UHGV virus genome: UHGV-1366919
Direction: 5' to 3' (one strand)
Length of the DNA stretch: 64,000 bases
Origin: a virus
Shown here piece after piece: positions 56,492 through 64,000 of this stretch (within the stretch, counting starts at the first letter, position 1; every line of letters starts with the position of its first letter). The notes under the pieces were generated by a model. That model did not search any database. It worked only from the letters and a program-made list of their open reading frames with translations, and was not told the DNA's origin. Position numbers and translations under genes: made by a program.

Positions 56492-58110
56492 TGGATTTTA
56501 AAAAATACTTTCCTTCTCAATATAAGCCTAATAAAAATCAGGAATATATTCTTGAAGAATTGAATAAAGCCTGGAATCTAGGAAAGAAATATATTATTAT
56601 CAATGCTCCGACAGGTTCAGGTAAAAGTATAATTTCTAAAACAATTGCACAGTCTGCTCCCGATATTTCTGCAACTTATCGAGATTTTGTAGATTCGGGG
56701 GCAATTTATGATATAGAAGAGGATGATGTTCCAGATTCCCTTAAAGAAGGAACAGCTATTTTAACTGTTACCAAATCTCTTCAGGATCAATATAAAAAAT
56801 TGTTTCCTGAAGATACTATGCTAAAAGGGAAATCAAACTATCCTTGTTCCATGGTTCCAACTCTTTCATCTGATTTGGGACCTTGTGTTTTTGAACCTGA
56901 GCAAAAGGAACTCTGCATTTCTTGTGGACAATGTGAATATTTCTTAAAAAGAGATGAGGCATTAAAGCATAAATGTTCTTTTTATTCTTATTCAATGTTT
57001 ATGAGTCTTCCTCCGGCTTGCAGGGCTAAAAGGAATATTATTGCTGATGAATGTGCAGAATTAGAAGATTTATTGGTTCAATCTTATACAGTTCCTTTTA
57101 ATTTTAAGATTTTGAAAAAGCTTAATATTGAGATTCCTCCTACGCCAACTCAAGGTTCTAATTATGAAAAATATATTCTTTGGCTGAGGAGTGCGAAAGC
57201 TTCAATTTATTCTACTCTCGTAGAAAAAAGAAAAGAAATGAGAGGCAAGGACCTTAAGAAAATGAGTAAAGAAAAGAAACTTGTTTTCCGAGCCATTAAT
57301 ATTTTTAATGATTCTTGCGACAAGGTACTTGACATTATCGATAATAATGAATTTATTATTGAACATAATAAAGAAGAGTTAATTTTTAAACCTTTTAAGG
57401 TTGATAAAATTGCCCAACGATTGTTTAAGCATTGTGATCTAGTGGTTCTTATGTCAGCTACTATTATTGATTATAAGAACTTTGCCAAGCAATTGGGAAT
57501 TAAGGAGGACGAGTATTATTATATTGAATCGGCATCTACATTTGATCCTAAGAAAGCCCCAATTCATTTATCTAATTTTCTTTCTGTTTCTTATTCAAAC
57601 AAAGCTTTAGTAATTCCCCAACTTTGCAAGATTGCTAAACAGATTTGTGAAAATTATAAAGGAAAGAAAGGTATTATTCATACTCATACCTTTGAAATTA
57701 CCGAAGCATTTAAAAAGGCAGTAGGCAATAATCCCCGTTTTCTTTTTAGAGAACCAGGAAAAACTAATGAATTTCTAATTAATGAACATATTGAACGAAA
57801 TGATGATACAATTCTTGTGTCTCCGTCAATGACTCATGGTGTTGACCTTTGTGGTGCCTTGGGAGAGTTTGCCGTTATTTTAAAAGCTCCATTTCTGCCA
57901 TTGGGCGATGAACGAGTTAAACGATTAGCGCAAGATGATAAAGAATGGTACACTAATAAAATGCTAGGCGCTTGTATTCAAATGTGCGGGCGCACTATTA
58001 GAAATGCTTCTGACGAGGCAGTAACTTATATTTTAGATGGAACATTAACTAAAAGCCTAATTCAAAATAAAGATAAACTTCCAAAATATTTCCTAGAAAG
58101 ATTTGTATAA
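56491..58110 (+). CDS. DinG/XPD/Rad3-family Fe-S helicase
   Basis: A 539 aa ORF. It has Walker A (NAPTGSGKS), a four-Cys cluster (CSMVP...CVFEP...CISCGQCEY...CSF), a DEAH-like box (IADECAE), and a C-terminal motif VI (CGRTIRNASDEAVTYILD) typical of Helicase_C_2. Confidence 0.65.
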   Translation: MDFKKYFPSQYKPNKNQEYILEELNKAWNLGKKYIIINAPTGSGKSIISKTIAQSAPDISATYRDFVDSGAIYDIEEDDVPDSLKEGTAILTVTKSLQDQYKKLFPEDTMLKGKSNYPCSMVPTLSSDLGPCVFEPEQKELCISCGQCEYFLKRDEALKHKCSFYSYSMFMSLPPACRAKRNIIADECAELEDLLVQSYTVPFNFKILKKLNIEIPPTPTQGSNYEKYILWLRSAKASIYSTLVEKRKEMRGKDLKKMSKEKKLVFRAINIFNDSCDKVLDIIDNNEFIIEHNKEELIFKPFKVDKIAQRLFKHCDLVVLMSATIIDYKNFAKQLGIKEDEYYYIESASTFDPKKAPIHLSNFLSVSYSNKALVIPQLCKIAKQICENYKGKKGIIHTHTFEITEAFKKAVGNNPRFLFREPGKTNEFLINEHIERNDDTILVSPSMTHGVDLCGALGEFAVILKAPFLPLGDERVKRLAQDDKEWYTNKMLGACIQMCGRTIRNASDEAVTYILDGTLTKSLIQNKDKLPKYFLERFV

Positions 58111-58112
58111 AA

Positions 58113-58364
58113 ATGAAAAGAGATTATAACGAAAAATGTTTAGAAGCGTTGGAATTGGTCTATACAAAGTATGGAATTGATATGAATAACGCACCGGCTG
58201 AAAAGATGATTGATGCAATTACTTCTGAATTGGGTTGTTCAATAGGTTATCATATCATGTCTACTAAAGATGCGAAGCCAATTGATGAAAAAGAATTAGT
58301 ACTTAATGCTCTAGAAGATGATTATCTCAATGAAATTGGATTGAAGAATATTCTTTTAGCCTAA
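58113..58364 (+). CDS. Hypothetical small protein
   Basis: An 83 aa ORF. Confidence 0.3.
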   Translation: MKRDYNEKCLEALELVYTKYGIDMNNAPAEKMIDAITSELGCSIGYHIMSTKDAKPIDEKELVLNALEDDYLNEIGLKNILLA

Positions 58365-58891
58365 TGAAGATCTTTTACACTGGAGTTGGGAATAGAGATA
58401 CTCCTCATGAGTATCTTGAAAAGATGACAGCCCTGGCTTCTTTATTAGAAAAAGAAGGCTGTATTCTCAGAAGCGGAGGAGCGGAAGGAGCTGATACCGC
58501 TTTTGAAAATGGTGTAAGATCTCTTTACAATAAAGAGATTTATCTTCCATGGACTTTTTTCAATAATAAAGTCCATGGATATGTTACACCTTTAGATTTA
58601 ATAAATTGTATTGATGAAATTCTTAGTAGAGTTCATCCCAATTTCAGTAATCTTCGAGAAAGCACATTAAAGCTTCATCGAAGAAATGTTCTTCAGATTT
58701 TAGGGCAGGATTTAGCGACTCCTTCTCATTTTGTTTTATGTTATACCCGGGACGGAGCTGAAACTTTTACTTCTTTTGAAACTGGAGGAACTGGAACTGT
58801 TATAAGATTGGCAAATCATTATAATATACCTGTTTTTAATTTAAGAAATAAAAACTGGGCTGATCGATTTAAAGAATTTATGAAAGGCTAG
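58364..58891 (+). CDS. SLOG-superfamily Rossmann protein (DprA/Smf/YpsA-like)
   Basis: A 175 aa ORF. The pattern YTGVGNRDTP...LRSGGAEGADTAFENG...ETGGTGTVIRLANHYNIPVFNL matches the DprA/YpsA Rossmann signature. Confidence 0.45.
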   Translation: MKIFYTGVGNRDTPHEYLEKMTALASLLEKEGCILRSGGAEGADTAFENGVRSLYNKEIYLPWTFFNNKVHGYVTPLDLINCIDEILSRVHPNFSNLRESTLKLHRRNVLQILGQDLATPSHFVLCYTRDGAETFTSFETGGTGTVIRLANHYNIPVFNLRNKNWADRFKEFMKG

Positions 58892-58900
58892 TCATTAAAG

Positions 58901-60010
58901 TTGACTAGTCTTTTTCATTTTAAATACTTGACAATGTTGGACCAGCAATATAATTCTGAAATTGAAATTCTTTTAGCCCAATTCCTTAGTGCTTTTGATG
59001 ATTGTGTAATTAGAAGAGGCAAGGATGAAAATGGAAAAGAAAAATATATTGTTCCACGTTATCTTATCGGAAATAAAACACGGGTTTTTACCGACATTGT
59101 AAATGCCGCTGGTAATATTACCTTACCGGTTGTAGTTGGAGAGGTCCAGTCAATTGCTTTCGACAGTACAAGATCTTTTAATAAGCAGCTACAGCCAAGA
59201 ACATATATGTCTCCTAAGGAGATAAGATATAAACAGCCTACTCCTATTAAAATCAATCTTAGCGTAAATTTTTATACAAAATTCTTCGGAGATATTTGGC
59301 AAATGTTTACTAATTTTGCTGCATTTACTAATCCCTATTTTTTTATATCCTGGCAGACTCCTCAGGAATTACAGACTGGCTCTCAAGAAATAAGATGTCA
59401 AGCTTTATGGGGCGGTAATTTTGTAATTGATTACCCTCGAACAGCCGAAGAAAATCAAAATTGGCTTATTCATGGAACATCCGAATTTACTATTGAAGGA
59501 TGGATTTTCAACAGGCCTTCTCAAAAATTCGGAGTTATTACTTCGGTAGAGAACGAAATGGCTTATAATACAAATGTAGCTAAAATTGGAGAAAAAGGAA
59601 TAGAATATTTTAATAAAGATGGATGGCCTTCCATTACTAATGTAATTGTCGATAATATTCGGTTGAGAAAAGGAATTGAAAATTATATTTCGATTGAATC
59701 TGAAAAAACTTTAATAATTGAAGGGCGGTCTTTTTTCGCCAATCAATGCACAGGACTCTTAGTTAAACCAGTTGATCCTATTGATTTAGAGCCAGAAGGA
59801 CTGACCCCTGTTACCATTGATACAATTAAGATGGGAGAAGTTTCTGGATTTGCAATTACTGAAGAAATAATCTCAATGAGTGAAAATCTTATTAAATTTA
59901 AACTGCCTAAAAGTTTAGTTACAGGAACTATATTTGACATTTATGTTTTTAATAATGCCGGATTTACTTCTATCTCAAAAGAAAAAGGATTCTTTATTAA
60001 GATTGTTTAA
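58901..60010 (+). CDS. Hypothetical structural protein upstream of the portal
   Basis: A 369 aa ORF. Its position matches tail tube/sheath-proximal genes in T4 (18, 19 then 20), but no motif was recognised. Confidence 0.35.
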   Translation: MTSLFHFKYLTMLDQQYNSEIEILLAQFLSAFDDCVIRRGKDENGKEKYIVPRYLIGNKTRVFTDIVNAAGNITLPVVVGEVQSIAFDSTRSFNKQLQPRTYMSPKEIRYKQPTPIKINLSVNFYTKFFGDIWQMFTNFAAFTNPYFFISWQTPQELQTGSQEIRCQALWGGNFVIDYPRTAEENQNWLIHGTSEFTIEGWIFNRPSQKFGVITSVENEMAYNTNVAKIGEKGIEYFNKDGWPSITNVIVDNIRLRKGIENYISIESEKTLIIEGRSFFANQCTGLLVKPVDPIDLEPEGLTPVTIDTIKMGEVSGFAITEEIISMSENLIKFKLPKSLVTGTIFDIYVFNNAGFTSISKEKGFFIKIV

Positions 60011-60099
60011 ATTCCACACTTAAACATTTTAAGAATATTTTAAAATAAAATGAAAGTATTTTAAATGGCAGCAAACTAAAGATTTAATAAAGACTTATT

Positions 60100-60120
60100 T
60101 TAAAGGACTTTAAATATAGA
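60100..60120 (+). promoter_or_regulatory. Candidate late-type promoter upstream of the portal gene
   Basis: CTTTAAATATAG lies about 10 nt upstream of the portal ATG. It resembles TATAAATA only loosely. Confidence 0.15.
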
Positions 60121-60125
60121 AAATT

Positions 60126-61934
60126 ATGGCAGAGACCAAAAAGAGATTTAAAACTAATCTTGGTAAAGCATTGTCCAAGCTTAGCCAGAATTCAAGAGTT
60201 CTTGGTAACTTTATTGAACTCGATACGGCGGGAGCGAATCCAAAATATGAATTATTTTACAATACAGGAATCCGCCGCAGGGAAGGGTTAGCTAATAATG
60301 CAGTCTCTGTCACTTATGATAAGCCTGATGAAAAATTTGCCCAGGGAGTTTTCGGGCGTTATCCATACGGTTCAATTTATTATTCGACGCTTAACGACAA
60401 CAAAAGCGCAAGACTCTATGAGTACAGAATGATGGCGCAGTACTCAGAAATTTTAAATGCTTTGGAGCATATTACTAATGAGTTTATTACGGTTGATGAC
60501 CGGGGACGTGTCGCTACAATGAGGTATTCCAAGCCTAATGCTGACGTAGTAGAGGAATCAACTCTTTTGGATGAATTTGATTATTTTCAAAAACTTTTCA
60601 ATTTTGAAGAAAAAGGGTCTTCTTATTGTTGGCGTTATCTTGTCGAGGGAGAAGTTTTTCTGGAACTTATTGTAAATGATGCAAAACCTGAAAATTTAAA
60701 GGAAGGAATTTTAGGAGTAATTGATATTTCGGCAGATCTTGTAGATACGATTTGGAAGTCAAAGGCTGCCCGAGTTATTGATTCCTTCATAGGAAGAAAG
60801 CCGATTTATGACCCGAATGACGGCAATAAGATTCAAAAGATTGAATTAGTGCCTTATCAAGCTAATCAGCTTTTTTATGTTTATTCCGGACAATGGGATG
60901 CTGACGGAGAATATATGGTTCCTTTTATTGAACGTGCAAGAAGGAGATATATCCAGCTTTCTTACATTGAAGATGCTATTGTAATTTATCGTTTGGTACG
61001 TGCTCCTGAACGATTAGTCTTTACAATTCCAACAGGAAACATGACTCCATCTGCTGCTGAGCGTTATCTTAAAACGCTCATGGATAATTATTGGAAATCC
61101 AAAGTTATGGATATTAATACTGGGGATATTAGCCAACGCTATAATCCTCAAGCCATGACTGATGCTTACTATTTTGCTAAGCCTATGAATGGTGAAGCAA
61201 TTAGTGTTACATCGTTAAAGGGCGGGGATAATCTTGGGGAAATTAAAGACTTGGATTTCTTCTTAAAAGCTCTTTATCGAGATTTAAAAGTTCCTTCTTC
61301 TTATCTTAATTTTTCCGAAAAAGCAGTTAATTCTGATCCTAGCCAGATCTTGGTAGAAGAATTGCGGTTTGCTGATTTTATTACTGATATTCAACGTTCA
61401 TTTGCTTATGCTTTAAAACAAGCCTTTATTACTCATCTTAAGTTTAAAGGTTTATGGCAACGTTATCATCTTCATGAAAATCATATAGATATTAAGTTTA
61501 ACCAGCCTGGTTCTTATTATCTCATGAGAGAGCTTCAAATTGCTCAAATGAGAAATGACATCTTTAATGCCGTTTCTTCTAATGAAATTATTTCTAAGAT
61601 TTATGCCCTTAAGAAATATTTTGACTGGTCGGATAAGGAAATTCTTGCTAATATTGCATTCCTTAAGACTGAGGCGGCTTTGCTTTGGGAAATTGAACAG
61701 CGTCGTCAATATGGCCCTACTTGGAAAAATATGATTACAGGTGAAGGTGGAGAACAACCCGGCGGAGGAATGGGTGGAGAAGGGTTACCTGGTGAAGGTA
61801 TGAATCTTGGGGGAGGTTCTCCAGAAGGTGAAATGGGAGGTTCTGAAAATCCGCCCGAATTTGGAGGCGGACCAGCAGCGACTAGTGAAATAGGAGCTCC
61901 AGAGGAAGGAGCCGGAGATATTCAACCCGTTTAA
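60126..61934 (+). CDS. Portal vertex protein (T4 gp20-like)
   Basis: A 602 aa ORF. [55 protein letters not shown] aligns with T4 gp20 [71 protein letters not shown]...PENLKEGI aligns with HFRRWYVDSRIFFHKI...RPKEGI. There is an extra Gly/Glu-rich C-terminal tail. Confidence 0.9.
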   Translation: [602 protein letters not shown]

Positions 61935-61944
61935 TGTAATTTAT

Positions 61945-62157
61945 ATGAAAACAAACTCACTTCCCCAACAATATAAATCCGAACCATTAAAACACATAAA
62001 GGAAGACGATGATTCGATTTATAAATTTTATCAACAATCATATCTTTTGAAAGATCCACAGTTTGTAGAAGCTATAAAAAAGAGTCCAGAATATTTAGAT
62101 CTTGTTGAGTCAGTAGAAAATTTTTTGACTGAATTAAGAAATCATAATCACAAATAA
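61945..62157 (+). CDS. Hypothetical small protein (position analogous to T4 gp67/68 prohead core)
   Basis: A 70 aa ORF directly after the portal gene. Confidence 0.3.
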   Translation: MKTNSLPQQYKSEPLKHIKEDDDSIYKFYQQSYLLKDPQFVEAIKKSPEYLDLVESVENFLTELRNHNHK

Positions 62158-62163
62158 GTATTT

Positions 62164-62466
62164 TTAATAGCTTTCCCCCAAATCACTATTTTCCTCAATT
62201 CTTAACATTTGTATATCTTTTACTGACTCACTAAACCAAGTCAATTGTTTTGCTAATTTTTGAACTGCCAAAACACATGATACTGCATTTATCTTATCTT
62301 TATCTCCAAAATATACTGATTCCTGTTGCCTTTTAAAACCTTCTTTTACTAATACTTTTTCAATATCTTTATAAGCATTATTCCATGAAGTATTATGATA
62401 CAAAGCTTTCAATTTATCTGTATCTAAATCAAACACAATCGCATACATACGTTCATTATTAGACAT
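62164..62466 (-). CDS. vapD: VapD-like endoribonuclease (Cas2 superfamily)
   Basis: A 100 aa ORF. MYAIVFDLDTDKLKALY...NNAYKDIEKVLVKEGFKRQQESVYFGDKDKINAVSCVLAVQKLAKQLTWFSESVKDIQMLRIEE aligns along its full length with VapD of Helicobacter/Haemophilus ([84 protein letters not shown]). The true start is probably the MYAI at about 62448. Confidence 0.75.
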   Translation of the reverse strand: MSNNERMYAIVFDLDTDKLKALYHNTSWNNAYKDIEKVLVKEGFKRQQESVYFGDKDKINAVSCVLAVQKLAKQLTWFSESVKDIQMLRIEENSDLGESY

Positions 62467-62535
62467 GTAATTATTTATAATATATTGTCTATTAATTTGT
62501 TATTGTAAATGAAACGTCAAGCTTGCGTAAAAGTT

Positions 62536-63351
62536 TTACTCAATATCATACTGAATTCCACCGTTGTTCAGGGCGTCTTGAAGGTCATCTTCTACACTAC
62601 AGTTATTAAATTTAACATAACTTAAACGGTTGGCTTTCTGAGTAAGAAAATCTGTATTAGAAGTATTCAATATGGTATGATCTCCATTAATAATCAAAGT
62701 CTGGATAACATTATTGGAAAGATTAATATTTTGAATTTGCGAATTTAAATTTATTTCAAAGGTTCCCGTGATTAATGAGTCTCTTATATCAAGATAAGTA
62801 AATCTCATTTCTGGGGCTAAATTCAAATAACAAAGATTTGTTTCATAGACAGTTAATTCTGAACAAGAAGGAAGATTCAATTCTAAAGAAGTAATATTTT
62901 GATTTCTGGAAGTAAAACTCTTGATTAAATCTTTATTCTGAATAATCATGCCACTTGAATCAAGGACAACAGGAGAAAATATTAAAGAATTAATTGCCTG
63001 ATTTCCTTCATAAATTGTAAATTGTGCATTAATATCTTCTTCAGCTGAATTAATATCAAGGTATCTAAAAACTTTATTATTTGTTTCTACATAAAGTTTT
63101 CTTGTTTCTGTTTCGGCAACTTGGCTAATATGATAGCCAAAAGATACCGTATTAATATCTGGTAATAAAGTTAAAGCAATACAGTCGGGAGATAATGTAT
63201 TTTTATATTGAACAAACCTGGCCGTCTGGTTAAGATCTGATAATTCTCCATTATCAGATAATCCAGGTAAAGAAACTTGATTATCATTAGGAAGTAAATT
63301 TTCTAATGATGATGAAGTAATTTGGGAAAGTTTAATATAGCTATCGGACAT
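62536..63351 (-). CDS. Leucine-rich-repeat-like hypothetical protein
   Basis: A 271 aa ORF with repeated LxxLxLxxN-type segments (ITSLELNLPSCSELTVYETNLCYLNLAPE...INLSNNVIQTLIING). Confidence 0.4.
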   Translation of the reverse strand: MSDSYIKLSQITSSSLENLLPNDNQVSLPGLSDNGELSDLNQTARFVQYKNTLSPDCIALTLLPDINTVSFGYHISQVAETETRKLYVETNNKVFRYLDINSAEEDINAQFTIYEGNQAINSLIFSPVVLDSSGMIIQNKDLIKSFTSRNQNITSLELNLPSCSELTVYETNLCYLNLAPEMRFTYLDIRDSLITGTFEINLNSQIQNINLSNNVIQTLIINGDHTILNTSNTDFLTQKANRLSYVKFNNCSVEDDLQDALNNGGIQYDIE

Positions 63352-64000
63352 TGATCGGAATAATATTTTTATCTGTTGCTATTTGAAGTTCGTTTTCTGT
63401 GAACTGTTCATTAAGGTAATTCACCATATAAAATGGAGTAGGGACATTATAAGGACTTAATGAAGAAATAAACGGAGTAATATTACTCATATTATTACTC
63501 ATAATTCTTCCATGGGTAAAATTACTTAAAATATAATATTTTTTATGAAATTTAGAATATCCTAGAATAATTTTAATAGAATTGCCTTCATCTACATTTA
63601 AAATATTAAAATTATGAAGACTTCTAATATCTAAAATATCAGTATCAATCGTATTTGGTCCATTAAAATAAATTGTTCTTATTGTCGGGCAAGCTGAAAG
63701 GTCTAATTTACTAACCGTTCCGGTATAAATGAATAATGAAACGGGAGAGTCTTCTTTACATGTAATATAGCAGCTTTTATCAAAAGCTAAATCAAAATTT
63801 ACCGGAATAGTCCCGGTAATGGGACTATATGATGTACTTACTTCAGAATAAGGATATTGTATTATTGTTGTCTTAGTACCTCCAGCCGAATCATCATAGC
63901 AACTTATTGTTCCGTTAGATGTCCATTTACTCCAAATAAAACGTCCTTTGGGAAAGACCATAGTAGTTGGCTTAAGCATATCACCTAATTCTTCTATTAA
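63341..64000 (-). CDS. Leucine-rich-repeat-like hypothetical protein (5' end outside window)
   Basis: The frame stays open past the ATG at 63979 to the window edge. LRR-like segments are present (DLSACPTIRTIYFNGPNTIDTDILDIRSLHNFNILNV). Confidence 0.35.
   Translation of the reverse strand, partial: LIEELGDMLKPTTMVFPKGRFIWSKWTSNGTISCYDDSAGGTKTTIIQYPYSEVSTSYSPITGTIPVNFDLAFDKSCYITCKEDSPVSLFIYTGTVSKLDLSACPTIRTIYFNGPNTIDTDILDIRSLHNFNILNVDEGNSIKIILGYSKFHKKYYILSNFTHGRIMSNNMSNITPFISSLSPYNVPTPFYMVNYLNEQFTENELQIATDKNIIPINVR

Overview
This 64 kb window is from an AT-rich (roughly 30% GC by eye) T4-like myovirus genome with almost no non-coding DNA. By homology motifs it contains three blocks.

- Baseplate/tail-fibre module, + strand, 1-16984: the C-terminal end of a gp25-like wedge protein, then a run of very large structural proteins (599, 792, 955, 196, 1320, 804, 546 and 286 aa), two of which carry PKD-like W-x-(F/W)-G-D-G motifs. 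A convergent minus-strand tail-fibre gene with a C-terminal collar (gp12-like, LPDLRNRF) domain follows at 17338-19521.
- T4-type replication/recombination block, minus strand, 22166-47418: gp61 primase, RNase H (FEN), a possible sliding clamp, gp32 SSB, a gp59-like loader, gp41 DnaB-type helicase, UvsX recombinase, family-B DNA polymerase (gp43), Rad50/SbcC (gp46), Mre11/SbcD (gp47), gp55 late sigma factor, UvsW helicase and UvsY. A P-loop kinase-like protein sits between polymerase and gp46, and two paralogous homing-endonuclease-like genes sit between gp47 and gp55.
- Mixed accessory/head region, 47446-64000: a GIY-YIG endonuclease, a large C5-cytosine DNA methyltransferase, a DinG/XPD-like Fe-S helicase, a SLOG (DprA/YpsA-like) protein, the gp20 portal protein, a clear VapD (Cas2-like) homolog and two LRR-like proteins.

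No tRNA, rRNA or CRISPR array is evident. Several strong bidirectional intrinsic terminators are present, including two near-identical copies at separate convergent-gene junctions.

The loci most worth a second look are (i) a perfect ~42 bp inverted repeat that brackets the receptor-binding C-terminus of the collar-domain tail fibre and a decayed alternative C-terminal cassette, and (ii) a 780 bp structured non-coding region between uvsW and uvsY carrying four GC-rich CGCG palindromes in an otherwise AT-rich genome.

All functional calls are from motif recognition by eye; no database search was run.
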